DNA of 52,220 nt, taken from sequence record SRR31156797_3202; one strand, given 5' to 3'. The stretch's first letter is position 1, and each line of letters begins with the position of its first letter. The position numbers and the translations under genes were made by a program. The notes below the pieces were generated by a model that saw nothing but the letters and a program-made list of their open reading frames with translations, was not told where the DNA came from and did no database searches. Positions 17,725-29,422 of the stretch are shown here, one piece after another.

Positions 17725-17758
17725 CGCTAGTTTCCTAAAGTGTCAATTAGAGCATTTT

Positions 17759-18472
17759 TCAAATCTGCCTCCTCTTGACAACCTTACAGGGAATTCCGAA
17801 CGCTATACTATTATCTGGAATACTTTTTGTTACTATGCTACCGGCACCGATAACACTCCCACTTCCAATTGTAACACCTGCTAAAATCGTTACATTTGCT
17901 CCAATCCAGACATTTTTTTCAATTATGACAGAGGATCTTGTAACACCTTGTAGTCTTATTGGCTTTGTACTGTCTTGAAAGTTGTGATTTTCTGACATAA
18001 TTGATACGTTAGGTCCCATAATTACATCATCCCCAATAGATATACCGCCTTGACCGTTCAATATATTAAAAGCGCCTACCCCAACATTGTCTCCAATAAC
18101 AATGCCTTCTCCTAACTCCGTTATAATTCCTGTGCACCTTACTTGAGCATAATTCCCGAAACGTACACAATCTCCAACAACAACCCCTTTTTTCCCTAAA
18201 CAGTCAATACTAACACCAGTTCCCAGAGTCAGTGATCTTCCATAAGTAAATTGGGATTGGTAATTAATGTAACTGTTTCGAGATTTAAATAACATTTTAA
18301 AGCGGAACTTAAACGAGGTAACTTGAAACAAGTAGCCTCGAATCAGCATTAATAGGCGTGTAAAAGTAAACTCTAGTAGCATTCCCATTGAAATTGACTT
18401 ATCTACTGTATAGGAGGGATCCCTCTTTAAATTTCTTGCTACTTTAGTTAATAGAGAATTAAATTTGCTCAA
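17759..18472 (-). CDS. Hexapeptide-repeat (LbH) O-acetyltransferase
   Basis: Repeated IGDNV/IGDDV units, MSENHNF, VWIGANVTILAGVTIGSGSVIGAGSIVTKSIP. Probable TTG start overlaps the rmlC end. Confidence 0.85.
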   Translation of the reverse strand: MSKFNSLLTKVARNLKRDPSYTVDKSISMGMLLEFTFTRLLMLIRGYLFQVTSFKFRFKMLFKSRNSYINYQSQFTYGRSLTLGTGVSIDCLGKKGVVVGDCVRFGNYAQVRCTGIITELGEGIVIGDNVGVGAFNILNGQGGISIGDDVIMGPNVSIMSENHNFQDSTKPIRLQGVTRSSVIIEKNVWIGANVTILAGVTIGSGSVIGAGSIVTKSIPDNSIAFGIPCKVVKRRQI

Positions 18473-19001
18473 AGCATACCCCTTCAAGATCCTTCTTGGA
18501 GAGTATAGGGTTACTGCCGTCAATCAATGGCCAATCAATCCCCAACGTGACATCATTCCAGCGAATAGAAATTTCACTTTCTGGGTCATAAAAATTTGTG
18601 CATTTGTATACGAACTCAGCGACTTCACTCATGACATAGAACCCGTGAGCAAACCCCTCTGGCACCCATAATTGACGTTTATTGTCTTCCGACAAGTAAA
18701 CTCCCACCCACTGACCGTATGTTGGAGATGACTTTCTTATATCAACTGCCACGTCGTATACCTCACCAGAAATTACTCTAACTAACTTCCCCTGAGCATT
18801 TCTAGTCTGGTAATGTAGACCTCTTAAAATGCCGCGCTTTGATTTAGAGTGATTATCTTGTACAAAATTTGTCGGTTTACCTGTAACAAACTCTTCAAAG
18901 CGATTTTGTTGCCATGTTTCCATAAAGAACCCACGTTCATCACCAAATACTGTGGGCTCAATAATTTTTACGTCTGAGATTTTAGTATCAATAACTTTCA
19001 T
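18459..19001 (-). CDS. rfbC: dTDP-4-dehydrorhamnose 3,5-epimerase (RmlC)
   Basis: FGDERGFFME, VQDNHSKS, LRGLHYQ, QGKLVRV, GFAHGF. Confidence 0.96.
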   Translation of the reverse strand: MKVIDTKISDVKIIEPTVFGDERGFFMETWQQNRFEEFVTGKPTNFVQDNHSKSKRGILRGLHYQTRNAQGKLVRVISGEVYDVAVDIRKSSPTYGQWVGVYLSEDNKRQLWVPEGFAHGFYVMSEVAEFVYKCTNFYDPESEISIRWNDVTLGIDWPLIDGSNPILSKKDLEGVCFEQI

Positions 19002-19007
19002 AATGCA

Positions 19008-19880
19008 TTACTTATAAGCTTGAATATTGTCTAACGCTACAGTCCAATCACTGGTCTTAATACCAAATTGATTGTAAATTTTGCTGCAGTCTAGGCAAGA
19101 ATTAGATGGCCGTTTTGCGGGTGTAGGGTAATCGGAAGTTGGTATGGATAAAAGCTTTGGTTTGTGTTTTAGAACCGCTTTACTCTCAGCTGCAGAAAAA
19201 ATTTTATTGGCGAACTCATACCAACTAACGTAAGGCATGCCTGAAAAATGATAAACACCCCAATCTTGTTTGTGGCCTTGCTCTATATGTTCAATCATTG
19301 TGATAAGAGCAGCAGCAATGTCACCTGCGTATGTTGGACCACCAATCTGATCGCCGACGATACTAAGTTCATCTCTCACCTCTGCCAATCTAAGCATAGT
19401 TTTAATAAAGTTATTGCCATGCTCACCAAACACCCAGGCCGTGCGCAAGATCAAATACTGTTCACATGATTCTACTACCGCTTGCTCGCCAGCTAATTTA
19501 CTTTGGCCATAGATCCCCTGAGGATCCACTGCATCGCTTTCTTTATACGGCTTGTTAGCTATCCCATCGAAGACATAGTCTGTCGAGATATGTAGCATCA
19601 CAGCCCCGCAGCTTTCCGCAGCTTCAGCAAGGTACATCGGCCCATCGCGATTAATCGCAAAGGCTAAATCAACTTCTTCTTCCGCCTTATCCACCGCCGT
19701 ATGTGCAGCGGCGTTAATCACATATCTAGGAACAAATTCTGATACAACAGCAAATACTGCTGCTTGGTCGGTAATATCTAGTTGATCTTTGTCTACAGCA
19801 AGGACGTCTGCTTTTCCTTCGAGCTGCTTTACCAAACAATGGCCAACTTGACCATTACACCCTGTGATGAGTATTTTCAT
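19008..19880 (-). CDS. rfbD: dTDP-4-dehydrorhamnose reductase (RmlD)
   Basis: TGCNGQVG, NAAAHTAVDKAE, HISTDYVFDG, YGQSKLAGE, DQIGGPT. Confidence 0.96.
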   Translation of the reverse strand: MKILITGCNGQVGHCLVKQLEGKADVLAVDKDQLDITDQAAVFAVVSEFVPRYVINAAAHTAVDKAEEEVDLAFAINRDGPMYLAEAAESCGAVMLHISTDYVFDGIANKPYKESDAVDPQGIYGQSKLAGEQAVVESCEQYLILRTAWVFGEHGNNFIKTMLRLAEVRDELSIVGDQIGGPTYAGDIAAALITMIEHIEQGHKQDWGVYHFSGMPYVSWYEFANKIFSAAESKAVLKHKPKLLSIPTSDYPTPAKRPSNSCLDCSKIYNQFGIKTSDWTVALDNIQAYK

Positions 19881-19894
19881 GACACTTCCTAGTG

Positions 19895-20758
19895 CTATTT
19901 AATCAAAGACATCAAGTAACGGCCATATTCATTTTTCAGCATTGGGCTCGATAATCGCTCAATATCTCCGTTGCTCAACCAGCCTTGACGCCAAGCAATT
20001 TCTTCTAAACACGCCACTTTTAATCCTTGTACGTGCTCAATAGTTTGTACAAACGAAGAGGCTTCGTGAAGACTTTCATGTGTGCCTGTATCGAGCCAGG
20101 CAAAACCACGCCCTAGCAACTCTACATTAAGTGAACCATCGTTAAGATACATCTCGTTGATAGAGGTGATTTCAAGTTCGCCTCTTGCCGACGGCTGCAC
20201 TTGTTTTGCAAATTCCACAACACGGTTATCGTAAAAATACAAGCCCGTCACTGCGTAATTCGACTTTGGTTGAGCTGGTTTTTCTTCAATCGATACCGCT
20301 TTCATGTCTTCGTCAAACTCTACTACACCAAAACGCTCGGGATCTTTCACTTGGTAGCCAAATACAGTAGCTCCACTTTCTCGTTCACCCACACTCTTTA
20401 GGGTCTTGCTGAATGATTGACCATAGAAAATGTTGTCTCCGAGCACCAAGCATACACTGTCGTCGCCAATAAACTCTTCACCAATAGTAAATGCTTGTGC
20501 TAAGCCATCTGGGCTTGGTTGAATGGCATACTCCAAGTTAATTCCAAAATCACTACCATCTCCTAATAAACGTTTGAAGCCATCATTATCTTCAGGTGTA
20601 GTAATGATCAGGATATCTTTAATACCAGCCAACATCAGGGTTGAGACAGGGTAAAACACCATCGGTTTGTCGTAGATAGGCAACAGCTGCTTAGAAACAC
20701 CACGCGTCAATGGGTAAAGACGGGTGCCTGAGCCTCCGGCCAGTACAATACCTTTCAT
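19895..20758 (-). CDS. rfbA: Glucose-1-phosphate thymidylyltransferase (RmlA)
   Basis: [43 protein letters not shown]. Confidence 0.97.
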   Translation of the reverse strand: MKGIVLAGGSGTRLYPLTRGVSKQLLPIYDKPMVFYPVSTLMLAGIKDILIITTPEDNDGFKRLLGDGSDFGINLEYAIQPSPDGLAQAFTIGEEFIGDDSVCLVLGDNIFYGQSFSKTLKSVGERESGATVFGYQVKDPERFGVVEFDEDMKAVSIEEKPAQPKSNYAVTGLYFYDNRVVEFAKQVQPSARGELEITSINEMYLNDGSLNVELLGRGFAWLDTGTHESLHEASSFVQTIEHVQGLKVACLEEIAWRQGWLSNGDIERLSSPMLKNEYGRYLMSLIK

Positions 20759-20761
20759 CGC

Positions 20762-21826
20762 TTACTCCCCTGCCCCTAGACGCTCTAGGCTGTATGAACC
20801 ATCAAGGACTCGACTCCACCATGTTTTGTTGTTCAAATACCACTCTACAGTTTTACGAATCCCAGACTCAAAAGTCTCTTGAGGTGTCCAACCGAGCTCT
20901 CGCTCAATTTTACTTGCATTGATGGCGTAACGAATATCGTGCCCTGGACGATCTTTCACGTAAGTGATCAAATTTTGGTATTGCACCACCCCTTGTGGCT
21001 TACTCGGAACCAACTCTTCCATTAGCGAACAAATGGTTTTTACCACTTCAAGATTGGTTTTTTCGTTATGTCCACCAATGTTGTACGTCTCGCCGACTTT
21101 ACCTTCGGTGACAACTTTGTACAGTGCGCGCGCATGATCCTCCACAAACAGCCAATCGCGAATCTGCATACCATCACCATAGACAGGCAGAGCTTTACCG
21201 TCGAGCGCATTGAGAATCATCAGAGGAATAAGTTTTTCAGGGAAATGGAAAGGACCATAGTTGTTCGAGCAGTTTGTGACAATCGTTGGCAACCCATAAG
21301 TTCTTAGCCATGCGCGCACCAAGTGATCGCTAGACGCTTTGGACGCAGAATACGGACTTGATGGCTCGTAAGAGGTTTGTTCTGTAAACAATTCATCGGT
21401 ACCTTCTAAATCACCATACACTTCGTCTGTAGATATATGGTGGAAGCGAAACGCTTGCTTAGCCGGCTCTTCCAGTTTGTTCCAATAACTGCGAGCGGCT
21501 TCAAGTAGGATGTAAGTACCAACAATATTGGTCTCAATGAATGCCGTTGGGCCATCAATAGACCGGTCAACATGTGACTCAGCAGCAAGGTGCATTACGG
21601 CATCTGGTTTATGTTTGGCAAAAACGCGATCAAGTTCGGCTCGGTTGCATATATCAACTTGCTCAAACGCATAGCGTTGATTATTTTCAATAAGAGTGAG
21701 TGACTCAAGATTACCTGCGTAAGTTAAGGAGTCAAGGTTAACGACGCTGTCCGATGTGTCATTGATGATGTGGCGAACTACAGCCGAACCGATAAAACCG
21801 GCACCGCCAGTGACGAGGATTTTCAT
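20762..21826 (-). CDS. rfbB: dTDP-glucose 4,6-dehydratase (RmlB)
   Basis: [46 protein letters not shown]. Confidence 0.97.
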   Translation of the reverse strand: MKILVTGGAGFIGSAVVRHIINDTSDSVVNLDSLTYAGNLESLTLIENNQRYAFEQVDICNRAELDRVFAKHKPDAVMHLAAESHVDRSIDGPTAFIETNIVGTYILLEAARSYWNKLEEPAKQAFRFHHISTDEVYGDLEGTDELFTEQTSYEPSSPYSASKASSDHLVRAWLRTYGLPTIVTNCSNNYGPFHFPEKLIPLMILNALDGKALPVYGDGMQIRDWLFVEDHARALYKVVTEGKVGETYNIGGHNEKTNLEVVKTICSLMEELVPSKPQGVVQYQNLITYVKDRPGHDIRYAINASKIERELGWTPQETFESGIRKTVEWYLNNKTWWSRVLDGSYSLERLGAGE

Positions 21827-21843
21827 AATTCTTACTCTTTTTT

Positions 21844-21890
21844 ATGCCTAGAAAAAGCGCCAATCCAGTGCGAATTCGCGCTTTTGGCAT
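21844..21890 (-). promoter_or_regulatory. Stem-loop in rmlB leader (terminator-like)
   Basis: Minus strand ATGCC-AAAAGCGC...GCGCTTTT-TCTA-GGCAT, ending 17 nt upstream of the rmlB ATG. Confidence 0.45.
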
Positions 21891-22211
21891 TTATATTTAT
21901 AGAACTTCTATTTATTTAGCTACATATTACTGATTGTCTGGGATTTAGAGACAACCTACACCACTATCTTTTATTGTTCCTTGGATTTGAACTCTTATGG
22001 TTCAACACAGTTTCGCTATAAGAAGGTATCTTCTGTAAATCCGGCTAGAAATTTGACCGAAATATTACATTATTTATCGACACGATGAAACTGGTATGCG
22101 CCAGTAACAATACGATTTATTGTCTCAAATCACTAGAGTACCCATCAAGAGGTTTTATCGCATTCTGCACATATAGATTATCCTGCATTTAGTAAGTGAT
22201 CTTAGTTTTTG

Positions 22212-22247
22212 TATCCTAGCACCTTACAATAGCAATAAAGCTCTCTG
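22212..22247 (-). promoter_or_regulatory. Degenerate JUMPStart/ops-like element
   Basis: Minus strand CAGAGAGCTTTATTGCTATTGTAAGGTGCTAGGATA. GGTGCTAG is a 6/8 match to ops GGCGGTAG, at the expected position upstream of the O-antigen operon. Confidence 0.3.
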
Positions 22248-22799
22248 TGTATGTATTGGAAAAGGCAACGCGAAACTCCCTGCTATGTCGGTCACTTATG
22301 CCATCAATGATATACAAGCCAAATCTCATCTCGATTGGGAGAGCATAATCCCCTTTTAATCGCAATTAATTAGCCCCAATAAAAAGCGTAGTTATTAGTT
22401 TAGTCGCATTTTTAATTGCCCTTCTTTTTATTGATAAATGCTTAGACGCAATGACTAACACAAGAGATGCTATGTGAAAATAAAACCATGTATAAATAGC
22501 CCTTGCTAAGAGCGTTTTTACCTTCTACGCAGGTCTGCGTTTATTGTGTCACTGTTTACTATTATTTAAGTGTTACAACATACAGTGATGGTACTAGAGA
22601 GTACGAATAGATTTTACTGGCAGCAAAACAGAGATATGAACAGCGAAGCATTTGGTTCCCCTGAACTAGCAACAAGTAGCTCATATTCGGCAGGTGCGTG
22701 GATAAGAAGGCTCCACGTTATTAATCTCAGCCCTAGTAGCTATCACCGAATAGCTGATATACTCACGGGAATAAACAGAATATTAGTTAAGGGATAAAT

Positions 22800-23741
22800 A
22801 TGATCATCGTAACTGGCGGAGCTGGCATGATTGGCAGCAATATCGTTAAAGCATTAAATGGAAAAGGCATCAATGACATTTTGATTGTCGACAACCTAAA
22901 GAATGGAAAAAAATTCCAAAATTTGGTCGATCTAGACATTACAGATTACATGGATCGTGACGACTTTCTGACTCAAATCATGGCTGGTGATGATTTAGGA
23001 TCGATTGATGCTGTGTTCCACGAAGGCGCCTGCTCTACTACAACCGAGTGGGATGGCAAGTACATGATGCTTAACAACTATGAATATTCTAAAGAGTTAT
23101 TGCACTACTGCCTGGATCGAGAAATTCCTTTTTTATATGCGTCATCAGCGGCCACTTATGGTGAAACCGATACATTCATTGAAGAACCACAATACGAAGG
23201 TGCACTGAATGTCTATGGTTACTCAAAACAGCAATTTGACAATTATGTCAGACGTTTATTTGCTGATGCTGAGCAGCACGGTGAAAAGCTTTCCCAAGTT
23301 ACTGGTTTCCGCTACTTCAACGTTTACGGCCCGAGAGAGCAACACAAAGGTTCCATGGCTTCGGTCGCCTTCCATTTAAACAATCAAATGAATACGGGTG
23401 AGAACCCAAAACTGTTTTCCGGTAGCGAACAATTTAAACGTGATTTTGTTTATGTAGGTGATGTGGCTGCGGTTAACTTATGGTTTATGGAAAATGGTGT
23501 CTCAGGGATCTTTAACCTTGGTACTGGTAACGCAGAGTCTTTCAATGAAGTGGCTAAAGCTGTGATTGCCTTCCACGGTAAAGGGGAAGTCGAGACGATT
23601 CCATTCCCTGAACACCTCAAGGGCGCATATCAAGAATTTACTCAAGCTGACTTGAATAAGTTACGAGCTGCAGGCTGTGATCACAAGTTTAAGACTGTGG
23701 CTGAAGGTGTGGCTGAGTATATGGCTATTATTAATAAGTGA
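22800..23741 (+). CDS. rfaD: ADP-L-glycero-D-manno-heptose 6-epimerase (GmhD/HldD)
   Basis: [63 protein letters not shown]. Confidence 0.97.
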   Translation: MIIVTGGAGMIGSNIVKALNGKGINDILIVDNLKNGKKFQNLVDLDITDYMDRDDFLTQIMAGDDLGSIDAVFHEGACSTTTEWDGKYMMLNNYEYSKELLHYCLDREIPFLYASSAATYGETDTFIEEPQYEGALNVYGYSKQQFDNYVRRLFADAEQHGEKLSQVTGFRYFNVYGPREQHKGSMASVAFHLNNQMNTGENPKLFSGSEQFKRDFVYVGDVAAVNLWFMENGVSGIFNLGTGNAESFNEVAKAVIAFHGKGEVETIPFPEHLKGAYQEFTQADLNKLRAAGCDHKFKTVAEGVAEYMAIINK

Positions 23742-23797
23742 TATATTTAGGGCTGGGTGGTCCATAACGACATTTGGATTCTTTAATATCTAAGCGT

Positions 23798-23913
23798 CGT
23801 CATTCCAACGAGCTATAGCGAGACTAGGAATCTAATAGCAGGACGAGCTTAGCCTTCAAGCGTTTGGTAAATGAGATCTTGAATCACCCTCCTTCGTCGC
23901 TGTTCAGGATGAC
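23798..23913. repeat. Palindromic intergenic repeat (CGTCATTCC...GGATGAC type REP/MITE-like element)
   Basis: Termini GTCATTCC / GGATGAC. Two internal stems: ATTCC..GGAAT and ATCTTGAA..TTCAGGAT. Confidence 0.6.
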
Positions 23914-23944
23914 AGAAGACTAATAATACATATTCGGAGTATTA

Positions 23945-25729
23945 ATGAATATATTAATGGCTCTTTCCCAGTTAGAAATCACAGGGGCAGAGGTATATGC
24001 CACTACGGTTGGAGACAAGCTTACTGAACGTGGCCACAAGGTGTTTTATGTATCAGATACATTAACCAAACCTCATTCAGGGCCATTTTTTTCACTGCGT
24101 TTTAACAAGCGCAGTATTCCTCGCCGCTTCTGGCATGTCGCTTATTTGGTTTATCTGATAAAGAAGCATAAAATTCAGTTGGTCCATGCTCACTCACGAG
24201 CTTCCAGCTGGAGTTGTCATATCGCCTGCAAAATAACAGGCACAACAATGGTAACAACAGTGCATGGCCGCCAGCCTGTTCATACATCGCGTAAGAAATT
24301 TCACGCTATGGGTGATAAAGCTCTGCCAGTATGCGAAGCAATCGAGCAGCAACTAATTGAAGAACTGAATGTACCGAAACCTCAGTTAACCGTCAGTCGC
24401 AATGGTATCGAGACACAATTTTTTTCGCCGACCGAGCCCCCCTGCAATGCTAAACCTACCATCACCATTGTCGGCCGTTTAACCGGCCCTAAAGGTGATT
24501 TGTGTTACCGCTTGCTGGATGAGTGCCTCGATCTTGACAAACATGATGTGCGAGTCTTGACTGCTTCCGCGATGGAAACAAGATTTGAGAAATTTGTCAA
24601 TAAAGTCTCTTTCCCAGGTTATACCAACAACGTTGCTCAGGCTCTACATCAGTCAGATCTGGTAATTGGCGCAGGTAGAGTGGCTATGGAGTCTTTACTT
24701 TGTGGTCGCCCCACATTAGCAATTGGTGAAGCGATTTCAATTGGCATTGTCGATGAACATAATCTAGCCCATGCTATGGCAACTAACTTTGGTGATATAG
24801 GGTCTAGCATCCTCGATATCGATTTTAGCACTATCGCTCAAGAGGTTGAAAAAGGGCTTGCTCATTCGTCATGCGATCGATCCGTAACAGAAATAATTCG
24901 TAACAACTATAATCTCAATAATATCGTCTCTCATGTTGAAACCATTTACCAAGATTTGATCATCAGCAATCTGCAAAAAGAGATGCCAGTCCTGATGTAT
25001 CATCGCTTTATCAACCACGAGTCACAAAGAGGCACACGCGGTCCATATATTGATATTAAGTTATTTGAAAAGCACCTTAAGCTTCTTAAACGATTGGGCT
25101 TTGAGAGCCTCACTTTTGAAGATCTTGCAAATAAAGGTTGTATTGAACGATTAAATCCAAATAAACGTTACTTCATGCTAACAATTGATGATGGCTTCGT
25201 CGATAACTATGAACTGATGCTACCTTTATTAAAGAAGTATGATTTCCGAGCGGTGGTCTATGTCATTACTGGCGAAACATACAACCGCTGGGATGTTGAG
25301 GCAAGCGAAAACCCAGACAAGCCATTTCCGCTAATGAATAATGAGCAGATTAAAGCGATGGCAAATTCTGGCTACATAGAGATTGGTGGACACACACTTA
25401 CTCATCCATTTTTAAGTAAGCTTTCATACGCAGAGCAAAAACGTGAAATTGAACAAAACAAGCTCGAGTTAGAGTCAATTATTGGTAAAAAACTGACTTC
25501 ATTTGCTTATCCCTATGGTGATCTAGACGTTAACTCAAAAACAATCGCTCGTGAGTTAGGCTTTGATTTTGCAGTTGCTACTAATAGCGGTCCTCTCGCT
25601 TTTCATCAAGACTTATACCAAATACGTCGGATTGCTATTTTTCCCAGAACGAATGTCTTTGGACTTTGGCGAAAAATACAAGGTCGGTACTTATTTAGAA
25701 AGTACAGACATTTAACAAAAGATTTATAG
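23945..25729 (+). CDS. wavL: GT4 glycosyltransferase-polysaccharide deacetylase fusion (WavL-like LPS core enzyme)
   Basis: N-terminal GT-B (TGAEVYA, VHAHSR) and C-terminal NodB-type domain (PVLMYHR, TIDDG, HTLTHP, FAYPYG). Adjacent to gmhD. Confidence 0.8.
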   Translation: MNILMALSQLEITGAEVYATTVGDKLTERGHKVFYVSDTLTKPHSGPFFSLRFNKRSIPRRFWHVAYLVYLIKKHKIQLVHAHSRASSWSCHIACKITGTTMVTTVHGRQPVHTSRKKFHAMGDKALPVCEAIEQQLIEELNVPKPQLTVSRNGIETQFFSPTEPPCNAKPTITIVGRLTGPKGDLCYRLLDECLDLDKHDVRVLTASAMETRFEKFVNKVSFPGYTNNVAQALHQSDLVIGAGRVAMESLLCGRPTLAIGEAISIGIVDEHNLAHAMATNFGDIGSSILDIDFSTIAQEVEKGLAHSSCDRSVTEIIRNNYNLNNIVSHVETIYQDLIISNLQKEMPVLMYHRFINHESQRGTRGPYIDIKLFEKHLKLLKRLGFESLTFEDLANKGCIERLNPNKRYFMLTIDDGFVDNYELMLPLLKKYDFRAVVYVITGETYNRWDVEASENPDKPFPLMNNEQIKAMANSGYIEIGGHTLTHPFLSKLSYAEQKREIEQNKLELESIIGKKLTSFAYPYGDLDVNSKTIARELGFDFAVATNSGPLAFHQDLYQIRRIAIFPRTNVFGLWRKIQGRYLFRKYRHLTKDL

Positions 25730-26893
<1,164 letters not shown>

Positions 26894-26901
26894 ATAAAAA
26901 T

Positions 26902-28017
26902 ATGAACAAAGTTGTCCACTACAGTAAACTAATTCGCCCCGGAGGAGGGCCAGCTGGCTACCTCTACAACCTTGAAATCGCTTGTTTCATGTCTAAAAAA
27001 GTAGAAGTAAGGTATGAAGATAAGTTTGATAATAGAACTAAGCCATCTAATTCTAAAGCTCCAAGCAATAATATTTTTAAAGATATACGACGAGCCTTTA
27101 GTGACTTTAAGAAAATCTACAGAAGCAAAACATTTTCAACGTTAAATGATATTACTAACTCCATAATCATCTTTCACGGTGTTGGAGAGGCTTTGTTGTA
27201 TTTAAACCATAAAGACAACTTAAAAAATAACAACAAATGCTATTTAATGATGCATAGCCCAGTGCCTCCATATATTGAGCTAGCGAGTGATACAAGTAAC
27301 ACTCATATTAAAAAGTTTAGGACTTACTTATTAAGCAAAGTCGAGGCTAGATGTTTACAAAAAATAGATGGAATAGTCGTACCTAATATTCATGCTGTCG
27401 ACAATTATTACTTAGATAAACCTAAACTAAGACATCTACTCGACAGCAAAGATTTCAAAGAAGTACCTACTGGCATCAAAGCTATTGATACAACGAGTTT
27501 CTCATCTCGCGAAGAAGTTTTGAGTAGTATAAATGTCGACCCTCAAAATATAGTTGTAGGTTATTTTGGGCGGTTCATTTGGGATAAGGGCTTCGATAAT
27601 TTCAAGAAAATTGTGGAAAATTGTAACATAGAAGATGTTACTTTTATATCCGCTGGTGAAGGTAACTTACCTTTACCTGAGACTTCTAATTATATAAACC
27701 TAGGGTGGCGCTCTGATGTACTAGAACTAATCAATGCTGTTGATTATGTATTAGTCCCAAACAATGTTGCTTATTTCGACCTTATTATTCTTGAAGCCCT
27801 TTCAATGGGAAAACGTGTCATAACTACATATGTGGGTGGAAGTAAAAAGCTTGAAAAAAATTCTGTTTGTTATTTGCATCTAGACATGGACTTATCATTA
27901 CAATTTGACAAAATATTAACTTATAATAACTGGCCCACTAGTCAAGAAATTAAAAAAACACATAAAGAATATTATTCATCCCTGTCATTTAAGAGTGGAT
28001 TTGAACAGCTTTTATAA
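26902..28017 (+). CDS. GT4-family glycosyltransferase
   Basis: PGGGPAGY N-terminus, YFGRFIWDKGF, LGWRSDV, FDLIILEALSMGK. Confidence 0.82.
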   Translation: MNKVVHYSKLIRPGGGPAGYLYNLEIACFMSKKVEVRYEDKFDNRTKPSNSKAPSNNIFKDIRRAFSDFKKIYRSKTFSTLNDITNSIIIFHGVGEALLYLNHKDNLKNNNKCYLMMHSPVPPYIELASDTSNTHIKKFRTYLLSKVEARCLQKIDGIVVPNIHAVDNYYLDKPKLRHLLDSKDFKEVPTGIKAIDTTSFSSREEVLSSINVDPQNIVVGYFGRFIWDKGFDNFKKIVENCNIEDVTFISAGEGNLPLPETSNYINLGWRSDVLELINAVDYVLVPNNVAYFDLIILEALSMGKRVITTYVGGSKKLEKNSVCYLHLDMDLSLQFDKILTYNNWPTSQEIKKTHKEYYSSLSFKSGFEQLL

Positions 28018-28024
28018 CACTTTT

Positions 28025-29272
28025 TTAAAGCCCGGAGACTTTCGGGTTTTCATTTATAACCAACATAACAAAAAAACCGACTAAAAGAAGATAAAAATAA
28101 GTCGTTGCACTATAAATCGTAAACTGTGATTCTAGTTGTGCAGACACTAGAGTAAAAACAACCAGTAGAGGCGAAGTGATTTTTATGACCACCTGCGCTG
28201 ACCGCAACCCCAAAGAGAACAAAAAACACCAAATCAGAGCAAATAAAAAAGCTACTAACCCACCTTTTACCAAAGATTGAATAAATACGTTATGATAGCT
28301 AGGGCGCTCTTGATTTAAAATTGAAAAAGCAATCCTTTCCATTGTGCCATTTTTATGTGAAGCATGAATTGCATTTATCTCGTCTGAAGCATTTACACCT
28401 ATATAAGGCGATAATTTAAATATTTCCCAACCATTTCTCCATATATCAATGCGAGCACCAAAGGATGAATTATAGTCCCCAGCCATTGCTCTATTGTATT
28501 CAACAAATGCATTATTAATTCGTTTTTCGATTAGTTCACAGTTTTTAATTAAAATAAAAGACATTAGAATCGCAGACAATATAATAATCAATGTTCGCCA
28601 ATTTTTACTGAGTACAACACGCGCTAATTGTATCAAAACAACAAATAACAGTGCCAACCAAGCCGTTCTAGTCTGAGTTAATATAACAACTGTAAACAGC
28701 GACAAAGTTAATACAAGAAAAATTAAACTTTGCCGATAGTGGTTTCTAGAAAAACCATCACACACAATACCCGAAGTAACTATTAATATCATTCCGATGA
28801 CATAAGCATAAGGTCCAGAGTTAACGACAAATCCAACTCTAGGTATATGCATTCTAAAAAATTGATACCAAGCAACCAAACAAATAATTATTGAAGATAT
28901 AGCAATTAGATATAGAAACCTTTTTTTAGTAAAGACAGATTTAGGTATAAAAAGAAAATAAAAGAACACTGACCATATAACCCTGGCGAAATCAAAATGC
29001 CCAGAATTAAAAAAATGAAGAAAAGTGTATAGTAGAGCAATAGATAAACAAAAAACCATAAACAATCTAAATGTTATGTTGCTAAGCTTATCTTTTATTT
29101 CATGGCGATAAAAAAACAAACAGTACAATGATATTATCGCCATAAGCCTAGACAAAACATGTTTCGTATCAGGGAAATTAAATACCACTCCCCAAGTCCA
29201 AAAAAACGGACTCAACAAAAAAATGGCTTCCAAGTTTTGCTTAATTTTTGATGGTAGTATCATTTTTATCAC
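28025..29272 (-). CDS. waaL: O-antigen ligase
   Basis: Polytopic protein with LTQTRTAWLA, SSFGARIDIW..G......PYIG and YHNVFIQSLVKGG. Divergent from waaF. Confidence 0.85.
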   Translation of the reverse strand: MIKMILPSKIKQNLEAIFLLSPFFWTWGVVFNFPDTKHVLSRLMAIISLYCLFFYRHEIKDKLSNITFRLFMVFCLSIALLYTFLHFFNSGHFDFARVIWSVFFYFLFIPKSVFTKKRFLYLIAISSIIICLVAWYQFFRMHIPRVGFVVNSGPYAYVIGMILIVTSGIVCDGFSRNHYRQSLIFLVLTLSLFTVVILTQTRTAWLALLFVVLIQLARVVLSKNWRTLIIILSAILMSFILIKNCELIEKRINNAFVEYNRAMAGDYNSSFGARIDIWRNGWEIFKLSPYIGVNASDEINAIHASHKNGTMERIAFSILNQERPSYHNVFIQSLVKGGLVAFLFALIWCFLFSLGLRSAQVVIKITSPLLVVFTLVSAQLESQFTIYSATTYFYLLLVGFFVMLVINENPKVSGL

Positions 29273-29422
29273 GGTAGGTTCAATTACTTTTCAAGGTCTC
29301 AACAAAGAGAGGCGAGATTTAACCATACTTTATGCCTATGTTAAACATCTTTATCTTGCAATATGTCAACCACCTACCAATGTGTTAGTATACTTTGGCC
29401 TCTTCAACTATAAAAAAGCTAT

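Noticed and set aside
21900-22190. Possible eroded gene in the rmlB leader (AGGA...ATG followed by broken frames)
   Set aside because: No protein motif could be recognised by eye; blastx would be needed.
22570-22797. 75 aa ORF ending 2 nt before gmhD, with nearby imperfect inverted repeats
   Set aside because: GTG start without RBS, no recognisable motif, and it spans the likely gmhD promoter region. Probably a chance ORF.
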